Made by a program: the position numbers and the translations under genes. The notes beneath the pieces were generated by a model. That model was not told the DNA's origin. It saw only the letters and a program-made list of their open reading frames with translations, and ran no database searches. This document shows positions 38,746-52,690 of a DNA stretch of 64,000 nt, in pieces (the first letter of the stretch is position 1; each line of letters begins with the position of its first letter). The stretch is from Octopus vulgaris (lineage: Eukaryota): positions 61,628,001 through 61,692,000 of the forward strand of contig OX597828.1 in the NCBI GenBank assembly GCA_951406725.2, in the 5' to 3' direction.

Positions 38746-41700
38746 ATATTGTTTTGTTATCTACAAGAATTTAAATAATTAAAATAGAACATACATACAT
38801 ACATACATACATACATACAATGCAACTATATACATGGAAAAACAGATAAAGCGAAACATAAAAACCTGCACGTATACATACATACAAACAAAATAACCCG
38901 TTGTTGATGTTGAAATTCCAATGAAGGGGCCTTGAAACTAGGTTAGAAACCGGCTCTTTCTCTATTGGCAAGAAACCTTAAAATAAAACTGAACAATGAC
39001 ATACATACATACAGCCATGCATGTATACAGGATGCGTGAAAGTGGCTTCGACATAACTTAGGATCTTTGAAGCTTGCAAATATATTATTCGATAACTGAA
39101 TCAAATTAACGGAACAAAGAGCAAATAAGACCGAGAAGTAGTCGATTGTTCAGTGATTTTCATTTCCCAGGTTCTCTTGCTCGCTCTAAATCGTTAGACA
39201 TTTGCAGCATCTTATACATTAATAAATATAAATTATTTTCGTTTCCATCTCCCTATCCCACATCTCTCTCTCTTCTCTCCTCCCTCTCTCTCGCTGTCTG
39301 TCTGTCTGTCTCTCTCTTTTTTCCCCTCACTCTCTGTCTATCTAGCAATCTATAATATTTATTTATCTCTCAGTATGTGTTTACGTGTACATATTTCAAT
39401 ATACGACATATGTACTTCAGATCAACATGGTGACATTTTCTTGTTGATAAAAGTGAGCGACAGATAGATAACAATTGAATAACATTTTCTTCTTAAGATG
39501 AAGAGAAAAAATATACGGCTTAACGCTTTTTGCTTGAGTGTTTTATGAAAATCGGTTGAGAAAGTCGTTTCATTATTATATTTGTTATCATTCTTATTCA
39601 GTAGGATAAGGCTGAAGAAAAATTCTTTTCTCTCGTATGTTATCAAAGCACGTATTTGGCGTCAGCGTAGATTACAAATAAAACCTTCAGAAAGTGTTCT
39701 TAACAGTTTCTAGCCTTTTAGCTTAATATATGAAATAGTGAAATATAGGTATTCATTGAAAATAAAACAAGGACAATGAAATAAAACAAAAATCATTGCT
39801 TTCGCGTATTCTGTAAAGCGTTTCAAAAGAGCCAATAAAGAATAATTGTTCATTTTCTAAACAACTCTCTATTTTAACTTGTATTCTTTTATATGTATGT
39901 GAGTGATTTTGTAAAGTTTTCGTTATGTTTACATGTGTCCCTATGATATTAAAAACACGACTATGTTTCAATTTAGAAAGTTTTATTATGGACCTTCGTG
40001 TTTCCATATAGGTCATTGCAGTTTGGTTGGAGCACTAAAGTCCCAGAGTTATTTGTTATCAAGATTTCCAGGCTTCTTTTCATTATCAGGATATGAAGTG
40101 TTGGGAGCTTCTGAACTCATTTTGTTATATAGCGAGCAACTTTTATTTATGAAAACATTACCGCCGAACTTTAACCCGCCAAAGACCCACATCGTCAGTC
40201 GCATGCGTATTCAGTTTGTGAAGAGTGTATAATATCTGTTTCGACTTGTTAGCTAAACTACAGCCAGCAAGTCGAGAGATCTAAATCAAAATCATATTTT
40301 GCGCAAGACAACGACAGGAAAATGGAGAGAGCAACAGGAACGTCTCTTGCTGGTCTTTTATAATGACAAGCAAGTTGTCGGCACCGTACCACGTACAGCT
40401 TTTACATCCAACGAAGACGATTTAAATGTGGGAGAATTTCTACAACAGACGATGATGACTTTATAAAGGTATGCACTAGGATCCGTGAAACTTGTCGGCT
40501 GGCTAGCTGCAAAGTTTCCAAAGAAATAAGCGAGTGGCGGATAATTTTTAAAAACCTTTGAGAATCATGGTATGAGAAATGTTTGTGTTTGTTCACAAAG
40601 AATCAAGTTAGACAGTCACTCAAGAGTTCTAAATTGTTCGGCGGTAGATAGAAATTTTCTGAACAACATCAAAACTGGTGGGTGCGTGCGTGCGTGTGTG
40701 CATGTGCATGCGCATGCGTGTGTATATGTGTGTGTGTGCATTTATTTGTATATACACATACATGTTTATATACTTGTATATTTATATAATACATATATAT
40801 AAACATACAGAGAAAGCTAGATAGCTGGCTAGACAGACAGACGGATAGGTAGATAGACAACTAGCTAGAGAAAGAGAGAGAGGAGACAGACAGACAGATA
40901 CAGACAGATAGAAGAAAGAAAGATAGAGAGAGAGAAGTAATCGATCACCCCATTGATGCATACATACGTTTGTTCATATCTCTGTCTCTCTTTATTTGCA
41001 CACACACACACAGATATGCATATAGCAAAATATACAGACAGATATATACTTGTATAAACACATACATATACATATATATATCTTTATATATAATCATGCA
41101 TCCATAAACACAATATCTGTACATATGCCTTACAATTTACACTCGACTAATAAACAAAAAAAGATCAACGATTTTCCATTAACTGTTTTTTAAGGTTTCA
41201 TTGTTACGTACATGTATACAGCATGTGTGCGGCGCACGAGAGATTATGTGTGAGTGTAAGTTTTGGTCACACACATACACACACACATACATATATAAAC
41301 ACGTGATGGTTGTATCTACACGTCTAAACTCATTTTCATAGATTAATACGAACCACCGTATGTGTTAGTGTTCGTGCACACACACAGACACAGACACACA
41401 CACACACACATGTACGTATGTATGGTATTTGTTAAGTAGTTTATGTTATTGTGCACAATCAACTAAATTTCCTCATATATTCATAAATATCTCTTTTGTG
41501 TATAGTTTCACAATTGAGCGTGTTTTCGCGCCAGTTTAAATGGCTTCAACAAGTGTGCAAATCTGTGTAAAGCGGATCTTTCTATGAGCCGGCTTCTTTG
41601 ATCTTCTGATGTAGTTTAGCCGGCTCTTGACAAGTCATTGTCACAATCATCATGAATGACACAGAATTCATCAAACAGACCGGTAGCTAATTTATATTTT

Positions 41701-42288
41701 TATTTTTTAAATAGACAGTGAGAGAGAAAGAATACGGTAAAAACAGAGAAGGAATGAGAGAGTGAGACATTTTGTTAATGGTGTTAGATGTGACCTTTGT
41801 CGATTAGTGGTTCACATGTGACCTTTACGTACTTACCACCAATAGTCGCCTTTATGAACAATATCATCATATATCGTACTGTTTCAGTACGAGCTTACTA
41901 CACATAGATGTAAAAATTCAAGAGAATGCAGACATCTTTCTTGCTACGGCCACCTCAAGTTACAGGGTTTCACGCTTACGTAGATTGTAAAGCATGACTA
42001 CTAATTTCAGGAGGCGGTCAGTAAGGATTCAAAAGAACGATTTACAATTTGGACTGAGACGAAATATCGCTTCTCGCTGTTTTACATAATAGCAAAGAAT
42101 AATTAATAATTTGAAAAACTATAATCGCGGTACGTATATACATGCATACATACATACATACATACATACATACATACATACATACATACATACATACACC
42201 CAGACCAGATTTCTGGTTCGAGGATACGCTCTGCTTTCTCACTAGTTACTCCCTTTTTTCCTGACTAAAAGATATATCTTTGTAAATA

Positions 42289-42358
42289 TATATGGCGTAG
42301 TGGTTAAGAGCGCGGGCTACTAACCACAAGGTTCCGAGTTCGATTCCAAGCAGTGACT

Positions 42359-42441
<83 letters not shown>

Positions 42442-42600
42442 TAAAACAACAACAACATCGAAAAATACTTTAGGAATGAGAACCCAGGTTCGAAATTTCC
42501 CCAAAACACCTGATGAAAGCTGGAGGGTATATCAGCCGAAACGTTGTGTTAACAAGAAACAAGATGAGGACAAATATCCGTCAAATGTAAATAATGTATA
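42289..42600 (+). mobile_element. Solo tRNA-head + (AAT)n + hammerhead element (SINE-like)
   Basis: A box tggcgtagtgg, B box gagttcgattcc, (AAT)n at 42361-42441, HHR, and tail aaatgtaaataatgta running into (TA)n. Near-identical to 50683-50931 (-). Confidence 0.85.
42505..42550 (+). ncRNA. Minimal type-I hammerhead ribozyme motif
   Basis: aacac-CTGATGA-aa gctg gagggtatat cagc c-GAAA-cg-TT-gtgtt. 5-bp stem I and intact core. Confidence 0.85.
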
Positions 42601-43179
42601 TATATATATATAGATATATATATATTGAGGTTCAGGGTTTAAGGTAAGATTTTATATTTAGGATATAATCTTTAGGAGTTGTGGTTAAAGTACGGATTTG
42701 GGGTTAGGGTTTAGCCTACATCGCAAAAATTTAATTGCGAAGGATAATTTATTTGGTTTTATTTCCTTTCATTAAATATTTAAATATTCTTTAAAGATTT
42801 CCTAAAGTTTTGTTGTTCATTTCTAAATTAATTTTATTTTTATTAATTTCCCCACAAAAAATAACTTTTATAATTAATTCCCCTCCACCACAAAAAAAAA
42901 ATGATAAATCACATCTTGTAAAGAAAAAATAATAGCATGTCACTTTCCATATCATCGCGATAGTGTGGAGAGAAGGGAATGCTCTGATTCGCTATAATTG
43001 CAAAAAATCCCAGTCTTTAGAAGTTCGTAACTTTCTATAATTAATTTCTACCCATCACCACCACCACCAAAGAATGGTTATGATTTTTGTAATAGTCACG
43101 AAAAACTACAATTAAGTAGAAATGTTCAACAAAATCTGAACTAGTGTGGTAAGCCAGAAAGCTCATATGTATGTGTAAA

Positions 43180-43393
43180 GTGCTGAGCTGGCAGAAACGT
43201 TAGCACGCCGGGCGAAATGCTTAGCAGTATTTCGTCTGCGTTCTGAGTTCAAATTCCGCCGAGGTTGACTTTGCCTTTCATTCTTTCGGGATCGATAAAT
43301 TAAGTACCCGTTGCGCACTGGGGTCGATGTAATCGACTTAATCCGTTTGTCTGTCCTTGTTTGTCCGTTCTATGTAGGCAATAAAGAAATAAG
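43180..43393 (+). mobile_element. Family A SINE, well preserved
   Basis: gagctggcagaaacgttagcacgccgggcgaaatgc...ctgagttcaaattccgccgagg...gatcgataaattaagtacc. Flanked by a repeated agaaagctcatatgtatgtgt (43157 and 43392). Confidence 0.9.
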
Positions 43394-45611
43394 AAAGCTC
43401 ATATGTATGTGTCTGTATATGTGTGTATGTGTGTGCGTGTATGAGAGAGAGAGAGAGAGAGAATTGTATGTATGAGTGTGCGCGCGCATATGCGTCAGGT
43501 AATATTTCTCATATAAAACGAAATCTCACACTTAAAGACGAGAGGAGGATGGTTGGCATCCATCGGTAAGTAAAACGCAGCGCTGTATTCCGTCGCTTCT
43601 CTTTACATGTTGCGTCCAAACCCTAGCGATCTAAGTTCCTTCAGGGATGGTCGATTAAGTAACTGACAAAGAAGTACATCACAATGCAAATAGACATCAC
43701 AATTCAATATAATAATTCCCTGTTTAAAATTTTAAAAACACCCAAAATCGATGAATACGTCATGGAATACTTTTTCTCCTATACCGAACAAATATTTGTC
43801 TGCTAAGACCTTTAAATGTTATTTCAAACTCTCGCGTTAAAACAACTGTAACTGGAGAGGAAGTAACAGACAAGATTGTCCGGTTACATATTGTTATGAA
43901 TAAAAGAAGAGTGTTTCAAATATCCTATCACAGTGATTTCTAACTTCGACTTTAATGCAGTAATTTTGAAAAGAAAGAACATAATCAAATAAATCGATTC
44001 CCGTGCTCGACTGGAAAAGTAAAGTTGAAATTGTCAAGATTTTAAGTCAGAACATAACGAACGTAGATAAGTCTTTGCCAGCAAAACGATAAATCCGATC
44101 TTTTTCACTCACAGGAAGTGAAATTAGTGATAAAATTCCTCTGTATAGCTAGCTTCTGTAGAGTGGAACATTTATAAGATTTATCCTGCTGTGTACAACG
44201 TCTGATCCTTGTATTTTTGTATGAATGAAATTTAACGCTCTGTGCATTTTAACACGCCGTAGCGTGTGATTTAAAAGAGCTTTGGTTTCTGTTTCAAATA
44301 GATCTTGTGACTGCGAAGAACAACAGTGGGTAACCTTTCGACCTCAGTGAAATTTGAAAGCAACCCTTGACTAAATTTCTAAGATACACTAATTCATTAA
44401 AAGGGATCAATTTAAAGACAACAACAAAAGAAATTAATGTAAGTTATATGTCTATAAATTGTAATACTATATTTTCCAGCACAAATGTACCTCTTGAGGT
44501 TTATATGAGTTTGCATTCGCCCCCAGTACTTCGTATATTAGCCCCTCCTGGTACATGCGATGAGGCTTTTGTATTAGTAGGTAACTAATTAGTATATTAT
44601 TGCCAGGAGACTGTTGTGTCTCAATGAAAAGAATTCTATAGAATATTTTAATTAAAATATTGTGATGTATCTTCAAGAATGTACAAGAGTCAGATAATAT
44701 ACTCTGAACTGTTCGCATTAATAAAATAATTATGAAAAGATGTTCAAGATGTATTCATTCGTTATAGATTATCGACATTACGTAGGAGGAATTTGGAAAC
44801 TGTGTACATGACCTAAGGTTAAATGAAACCAGTGGTTACTGGGTAAGAGGTTTATAAAACATTTATTTATTTATTTTAGATTTGTTATTAGGTAAACATT
44901 GGTTAACAGCTGTAATCTATTACGTTCAAGTGAGATATACAAAAAATAATACGTGACACATGTATGCATATATGTACACGTGTGTGTGTGTGTAAAGGCG
45001 AATGTGTGTGTTCCAAGTTTTGAGGCGTAGTCTCGCAGCCAAGATTATGAAATTATACACAGAGCAACATCTTTTCAAGAGAAGTTCTTTGACTATTTTT
45101 GAAATTCTTTTTGTCTTCAGACAGAAAGCTAAACACTGCAACATTGTAGAAAAAATTACTGATTAGAAAAGAAAATTAGATTACTTATATAAATTAGTAC
45201 AATATCTTGGAGTAAAATATATAAAAAACGTATTTTCCGAAATTTTTTTAAATATCTACGGGTCAAAGTATATGTCAGTTTGCATATTTGCATCTTCCTT
45301 TTCGTTTTTCTTTTTGCACAGTTTTATTACTCTCAATTTCGATCATCTTCGGAGATGGGGGGGGGGGGCTTGGGACTGAAATTCTGAATGAATTAATATT
45401 CCCAGGTAAACAGAAGATTAACAACATTTTTATGGCATTTTATCCAAAATAAAGTAAATAGTAAATTCATGAGATTATATATGTTTTATGCTTTATACAC
45501 GAATCAATTCGGGCAAAGCTAGCATGAGATGTATGTACATATATAGATATGTAGTATGTATACGTGTACATATTTGTACGTACATGTAAACACACACACT
45601 CACACACACAT

Positions 45612-46540
45612 ATAATTTTTGTCCATTCTTCAGCTAAAACAGTCTCCAGTTCTTGTAGTGATGATGGTGGAGGATATTGACTCTTTACTTGTTTTTCTAA
45701 AATGCACCATAAATGTTTCATGATACTGAGATGTGAGGACTGTGGTGGCCAAATAAGATGTTCAACTTCGCTAGAATGTTCCTCGTGCCATTCAGTAACA
45801 ACTTTGGTTGTGTGAATTGGTGCATTATCATCCTGAAAAATTGTGTTTCCTTCCGGAAACAGTTCTGCAATCATAGGATGGATTTGATCAGATAAAATGC
45901 TTAAATAGTCTTGACTATCAATTCTGCCATAAAGGGAAACCATTGGGCCGGCGGATTTCCAAGATATAACCCCGCCCCAGATCATCAGAGATCCTCCTCC
46001 ATGTTTAACAGTTGGAAGAAGGCAGTCTGGGTCAAATGCTTCTTTTGGCTGTCTCCACACGTATACTTGGCCGGTGTTCAGAAATAATTTTCACGTTTGA
46101 GAAAATAACATTCTTCCACTGCTCTAGGGACCAATTCTGTATGCTTTTACTCCACTCTAAACGCTTTGCAACCTTTATTTTTGAAAGTAGTGGTTTTCTG
46201 ATTGTAGCCTTCCCGTGAAATCCGGCTTTGTGCAGCTCCTGGCGAACAGTTTGTGTAGAAACTGGGTTCTCAAGGTGGTCATTAAGCTCTGCAGTAATTT
46301 TGGGAGCTGTACTTTTGTGATCCTTTCTAACAATTCTCGTAAGAGTTCGACGGATCCTATCTGAAAGTTTAGATTTTCTTCTGGAATTTTGTTTCAACAA
46401 GGATGTTTTTCCCTCTTTCTCAAAGGCTGCCATTACTTTCCAGACAGCACTTCTTGATACAACAAACATTTCGGTTGCTTTCGTTACGCTAGCGTCGGCC
46501 ATACGAGCACCAACAATTTTGGCTCTTTGAAAGTCCAATA
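45612..46540 (-). mobile_element. Tc1-family transposase relic (frameshifted, ends lost)
   Basis: DFQRAKIVGAR..., WSLEQWKNVIFS, PTVKHGGGSLMIWG, FQDDNAPIH and WPPQSSHLSIMKHLW. Confidence 0.93.
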
Positions 46541-47039
46541 GATCGCAATACTACACAGTGGCTGTGTGAGCTACGAAATCCTCGTCGCCACTGTTATATC
46601 GCAATACTACACTGTAGCTGTATGTTCTACGTATTGGGCAAGCCTACTTCATCGTCTGGGGGCGTCGACACAACATATACATACAATGAAGTTACAGATG
46701 TCAATAATTTCTGAAGATATTCATAGAAACTTCTTTTTAATATGTTGAGAATATATGTAAGACTTATGCGATTGGCACATTAAAAAACAGGATTTATATA
46801 AAAGATGTAATTAAGGTGTGTATGCAGAATCAGAAGGGTTAGGTTTATATAATTTATAATTTATAATATATAATTTATATTAGAATATTCATATCAGATG
46901 TATTGTATAATACTATTATTTTTCCCTTAGAATAAATTTATTCCTCTCTATATTTTTATTTTCTTACCTCTCACCCTTCTTCTCTTTAATTCATTCTATT
47001 TACTTAACGTCATCACAATTATCTTACTCTAATTACATA

Positions 47040-47230
47040 ATGTCCCTCACAACCCCTAATCGTCAATTTTAATTTATAAGAAAACAGGATTTGGAAGTTG
47101 GCCTTTTCTGCATAATAGCTGTCTATCACGAAATGAAAGCAAAATCCTTACGAGGAAGAATCTTTATTAAACAAACGAAAGAAAAGTATTACGAGGACCA
47201 CATTTGTAAGAACGCCTGAAGTTTTAATAA
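47040..47230 (+). mobile_element. Possible highly decayed Naiad-like endonuclease C-terminus
   Basis: gaggaagaatctttattaaacaaacgaaag reads EESLLNKRK, preceded by CL..E.K-like residues. Weak. Confidence 0.3.
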
Positions 47231-48122
47231 GTTTTAATGAATAAAGTCACGTGAACAATTGAACAGACATGTAAATAATTTAAAAGGCAAAGATTCCTCA
47301 ACGAAGCTTTCTTCGAAAAATTGCACAAATCAGTCCCGATGAAGAGGTCCATCTGTCGGGGATGGCCTGACATGGAAATAAACAAAAATTTATTTAAGAC
47401 ATTCTAGTGTAAAAATTGTCCGGCAACGACGGGCTATATAAAGGCATTTCCTAATCATAAAAATAATAGTATTTACTATCTTATAAAAATTATTCAAAAA
47501 CGACGTTGGGATTCGCTTGACTATAAATATCAAAGCAGCTCATCTTTCTATGATACATCTAAACCATATGCAAAATAAGGGTGTCAAAGTTATGCTACGA
47601 AATTGTATTGAAACCTTATACTTGTATAAAACATGATAAGATGATGTGACAATCACATATTTTTTAAACAAAACAACTTTTCAAAGATTTGTATACCATA
47701 CTTTGTACTTCAGAAAGAACCTTATAGTCGACTATGGAATTGTCCAGCAAAGTGGCTGCATGCACATAGTTCAAATTCGTATGTACACTATTATTATAAC
47801 GAAAGAAAGTTGGTGATTTCTTAAATATGTATATACAACTTCGTAGACTGCGAAATAGTAAATAAGACAGATTCGCCACAGCGATGCTGCAGCGCCGAGA
47901 ATCTAGTTTCCAGCCACTGTTTGTTGCAATGCTTCTGATATTTATTCCTAAACAGATGTTATATAATGTCTGCTAGCATTCCTTCGTCTGTCATCCGACG
48001 TTAACTCTGCTGATCTTTAAGACCATAGATGGCAAACGTGCAGATTTAGACATGTTTCTCTTTAAAACATAAACCAACTTTACAGTTCCTGTTAAAGAAT
48101 TAGCACACATTCACTCGCCCAC

Positions 48123-48210
48123 TCTTTCTTTCTCTCTCTCTCTCTCTCTCTTTCTTTCTCTCTCTCTCTTTCTTTCTCTCTCTCCCTTTCTTTCTCTCTC
48201 TCTCTTTCTT

Positions 48211-48245
<35 letters not shown>

Positions 48246-48286
48246 TTCTTTCTCTCTCTCTTTCTTTCTCTCTCTCTCTCTTTCTT

Positions 48287-48339
<53 letters not shown>

Positions 48340-48356
48340 CTCTCTCTCTCTTTCTT

Positions 48357-48409
<53 letters not shown>

Positions 48410-48422
48410 CTCTCTATCTCTC
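48123..48422. repeat. (TC)n/(TCTT)n pyrimidine tract
   Basis: Direct observation. Confidence 0.95.
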
Positions 48423-50353
48423 ACTTCTTTTCTCCCGACCTCAAACTCTCTCGCACTTCATTTTCCTTTTCTCTCCTCTCTCTCCCTCTCCCTCTCTCTT
48501 CTTTCGCATTTAACGTCTGTTTCCATTCCCTTTATCTCTTCATATTTGCATACCTTGAAGTAGACAACTAAAAGGCATTTACAATTATACCAAAAATATA
48601 CACATTAACACTCACACACACACACACGTATGCACGCATACACACACACACACACACACACACGCACGCATACACAAACACACACACTTACACACACGTA
48701 TATTGTATATGTGAATCTATGTGTGCATGTATGTATGTATGTATGCAGGTGTGTAGGTGTGCGTATGTGTTCATGTGTGTGTGTGTGTGTGTGTGCGTGC
48801 AGGTGTGTATGTTACATATGCGAAGTGAAGCCCCCCAACTTTGTCTTTAGTATACATGTGGTGCTTATGCGAATTCATAACATGCTTACACGTGGATGAT
48901 GATGACAATGACAATGACACGGTTGATGATGATGACGATGACGATGACGATGACGACAACGGCGATGACGACGACGACGACGACACGCCGTGTCTCAAGA
49001 TTTCCAGTCGTCCAATCAGTCCATCTTTGTCACCTCACCACCACCAACTTGTATATGCCTCAATCGATAATTTAGAAATAACAACCAAATTTCTTCAAAT
49101 AACACTCAACCGCCGAAAAGGACAAATTGAACTTATCGTTCGAAATAAAAAACAGAAAGATATTCTATGTTTGGAATGCCATTAACCAGAGCTGAACTGC
49201 TGCTAAACAGCAATAACCAATACCAAGTGGACAATAAAGACCAGTTAGGAATTTGAAGCCAAATAGACGGTGTAGATGTTTGTAATATGGAAAGTGGAGA
49301 GGAAGGGCGGTGCCCATGACCCTTTTTCTTCTTTCGTTTTTTTGCTGGCTCTTCAAGATCGGCTGCAGAAGTTATTTTCAGACCAAAGTCATGACTTGAA
49401 TTCTTGTAACGAAGTGTACTCTAAAAGCACATTAGGGTTATATGCTCGTGTTAAACCGAGAAATGGAGTAAGTTTACAACAGAAAAATTGAAACAACCTC
49501 ATCCAGAACATTTTTCTGAGTGTCAAATTTTCTTCACAAGGCATTGATCGACTCGAGCAAGGTAGAAAGCATTTAACCAAGATACTACACCGGAGGATCA
49601 AATCATACATCATATAGCTGTGAAGCGAACAGGCATTACTGTAGTCACACCTATAAGTGGCAAATAACTGTTGTTGTTTAGATTCATGTCTTCTCTTAAG
49701 ATAGCTGTTATTTCTCTCGTACAGAAAGCTGAAATCTTTAGTGCTGCTCCAACTAGGCTATGTAAGTCACAATACATATATACTTGCGTAATTGTTCTGT
49801 GAATAAAGGGTTTTTTTATGCAATGACTGTCAATGACGCAAATCACAATTTGACTGCTTTTTAATTGGACTCAGTTAAATGCATTTAATTAAACTGGTAA
49901 AGAAAAGAAAAACAATTCTAAAATCTTAACTTTTAATGTTTAGGCTTTCCTTTTTATGCAAAGCACATATTTATCCATATTTTTATGTCTCATATTATGA
50001 TTGATATATTTGAACTTCATGTTTATAAAATACAGATGCTTAGTTGCAGACTTCCCTTCTCACTATTCATTTATTCGTTTATTTATTTATTTATTTTGTT
50101 TCATTAATTAATTTAAGTTACGAATTTGATATTTCACATGCCGAACGGACTTAGCTTTTGCTAAGTGCACGGTACTATTTAGTCTTGTCTCTCCCTTCCA
50201 AACTTGTTTATTTTTCTCATTTCAAATTAACTTCGACTTTCATCTCTTTCAGGTTGATTAAATAAGTACTAATAACGGGTATTTATCCCACTAACAACGC
50301 ACTCGCTACTTATACCATCTTTCCACTGCATGTAGTGACAAGTGTTATGACCT

Positions 50354-50514
<161 letters not shown>

Positions 50515-50732
50515 AGGTTAACTTTGACAATTTTTATGTCTCCTTTTTTTCCGGAAGATCTCGATGTTTTGATGAACAGCCAACGGCGTTGGATAGCATA
50601 AAAATTGAAGTCGCAATCGAGAAAAGCTAGCTGACGTGGAGGACTGGCAGCCATCTGAATACTGGGAAAGAGTTACCTTTATTTACATTATTTACATTTG
50701 ACGGATATTTGTCCTCATCTTGTTTGTTGTGA

Positions 50733-50776
50733 ACACAACGTTTCAGCTGATATACCCTCCAGCCTTCATCAGGTGT
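50733..50776 (-). ncRNA. Minimal type-I hammerhead ribozyme motif
   Basis: Minus strand: acac-CTGATGA-a ggctg gagggtatat cagct-GAAA-cg-TT-gtgt. Confidence 0.85.
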
Positions 50777-50861
50777 CTTGGGGGAAATTTCGAACCTGGG
50801 TTCTCATTCCTAAGGTATTTTTCGATGTTGTTGTTGTTGTTATTATTAATATTATTATTGA

Positions 50862-50934
50862 GGTCACTGCTTGGAATCGAACTCGGAATCTTGGGGTTAG
50901 TAGCCCGCGCTCTTAACCACTACGCCATATACCC
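50862..50934 (-). promoter_or_regulatory. tRNA-derived internal Pol III promoter (A + B box) in a PLE 3' UTR
   Basis: gggtataTGGCGTAGTGGttaagagcgcgggctactaaccccaagattccGAGTTCGATTCCaagcagtgacc. The cloverleaf is imperfect, so this is not called a tRNA gene. Confidence 0.7.
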
Positions 50935-52429
50935 GTGGCAAATTATGGAGAGAATTTTAGGACTTATAAGTCTAATAATTTCCTATACCCATATGCTGCT
51001 CGCATCTGCACTCGGTCTGCTTAGGAGGTTGTTGTGTCCTAGCATATGTGCTGCTTCTTTTAGTTTTCGTATTTTCCAGTGGCGTTCTCTGTCTATCATT
51101 TTAACCTCATCTCACAAGGGGATGTGGTCTCCATTTTTTAATACATGATCAGCTATACCCGATTTATCAATATCTCCTCGTGTCACAGATTTGCGATGTT
51201 CATCTACCCTTATTTTGAGGGGGCGGCACGTTTTGCCTTTGTATAACCTACCACAACTGCATGGGATGGAGTACACGCAGTCTTTGGCCATATTCTCTTC
51301 TACTGGTGGTTTTACTCGAAGGAGATATTTGCGAAGCGTTGTATCACCCTTGAATACTGTTCTGATGTCATATGGGCTGCATATCTTTTGTATCTTTTCG
51401 GAGAGGTCTTTCACATAAGGTAGACAGGCTGTGGACAGTTTATTGGCCTCATCCTTTCTCTTCTTCATACTTGGAGTGGGTAGTATACATTTGGGGCAGT
51501 TGTTGCTTAACAGATCGTTATTGAGCTTAATCATTTCTTCGTGGTGTGTATCATGATCGCTACTTATATTCTTTGCACGATGTTTTAGGCACTGAGCAAT
51601 CCCTCTCTTTACACCGTATGGATGGTGGGAATTGAAGTTGAGGTATCGTCCAGTAAAGGATTGTTTGCGGTATACGGATGTCTCGAAGAGTTACCTTTAT
51701 CATGGCGATTCTCACCGGCTTTCGAAATGCCACTGGAAAAAATTTACCTGTGTCATGGTGATTCTCACCGGATATCCCAATGCCGACACCACGACTGCTA
51801 CTCAATGCTCTGTGAACACTATAAAGGTTGTAAGATGTGATAGTCTTTGGGTATTTCTCTAGTGAAGATGATGTCATACCGCCCCACGCCTTTGATTAGG
51901 GCCTTAGACTCAGTCCAGACAGCTATGTGAAGCTGCTGAAGACTGTGGTGAAACTCTGGCTGGAGAGGGTTGCTGCTGGAAGGCCATGTGTGGCAGAAAG
52001 ATTCAACTCATTGTCATACGCCCGGAAAGAAGTGGTTGTCGAAGAGTTTCTATGACCACCAGCCCCAATTTCTGGCGTCCTAAACTCTTCGATTATAATC
52101 CCCTGAATTAGCATGTGTTGAGCGCAGCTAAGAAAGACGCAAATTGCTGTACCTGCAACACCAAGGCCGAGCTGCTGACCAAGATCAAGGTGTTCGAATA
52201 TATTGCAAGGGACACAGTGAGAAACTCATGTGCCAAGTTCGAGAGCTGTCTTGAGGTTGCAGTGGAAGTTGAGGGCAGCAACTTTAAATAAACTGTTATC
52301 TTCCGCCCATAATCTAGTTGGTATTTTAAAAAAATTTAATACTTTTATTCGTTGTATGGGATATTGTGTTTTCTTTTCTTTTTATGCAAACTGTTTTCGA
52401 GTTCAGTTTCACTGCGAGGAATCTTGGTC

Positions 52430-52690
52430 ACAGGACTGACCAATGCCTGTGAGTGAATGTGGAGGACGGAATTTGTGTGGAAGTCTGTCGTGTGTGTGTG
52501 TGCTCACCACCGCTTGACAACCAGTGTTGGTTTGTTTACCTATGTGCAACTTAGTGGTTTGCCAAAAGAGTCTAATACAGTAACTAACAGACTTAAATGA
52601 AGGGTACCCTTGAAGGGTTAAGTCGATACGTTCGACTCTACCATTCAAGACAGTATCCCCAAGTAAAAGATAATACATAAAAGATGAAAG
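52430..52690 (+). mobile_element. Degenerate family B SINE
   Basis: gaccaatgcctgtgagtg...caccaccgcttgacaaccagtgttggtttgttt...aacttagtggtttgccaaaagag. Confidence 0.65.

Larger units (their letters stand above)
50683..51685 (-). mobile_element. 5'-truncated Penelope-like element (RT thumb + GIY-YIG + tRNA-head/HHR tail) with 15-bp target-site duplication
   Basis: Peptides FETSVYRK..TGRYLNFNSHHPYGVKRG, LPYVKDLSEKI and CVYSIPCSCGRLYKGKTCRPLKIRVDEH. Flanked by aagagttacctttat at 50668-50682 and 51686-51700. Confidence 0.92.
50520..52340 (+). mobile_element. Decayed Tc1/mariner-superfamily transposon interrupted by a PLE
   Basis: 3' part (51924-52290) reads KLLKTVVKLWLERVAAGRP..., CNTKAELLTKIK and RDTVRNSCAKFESCLEVAVEVEG. 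The 5' part rejoins across the PLE as PSEYWERVTFIMAILTG. Confidence 0.7.

Noticed and set aside
40395-40475. Possible small exon (cag...aag|gtatgc)
   Set aside because: The only open frame (RRRFKCGRISTTDDD) resembles a mariner transposase relic, and no partner exons are visible.
42291-42360. Possible tRNA gene (anticodon loop reading ACT)
   Set aside because: Acceptor and anticodon stems pair poorly and the sequence is embedded in a repeated mobile unit. Treated as a tRNA-derived promoter.
47335-47382. CCGATGA followed by a hairpin (aggtccatc/gatggcct) after a possible PLE relic
   Set aside because: GAAA does not follow stem II directly and stems I and III cannot be formed. At best an unrecognisable relic.
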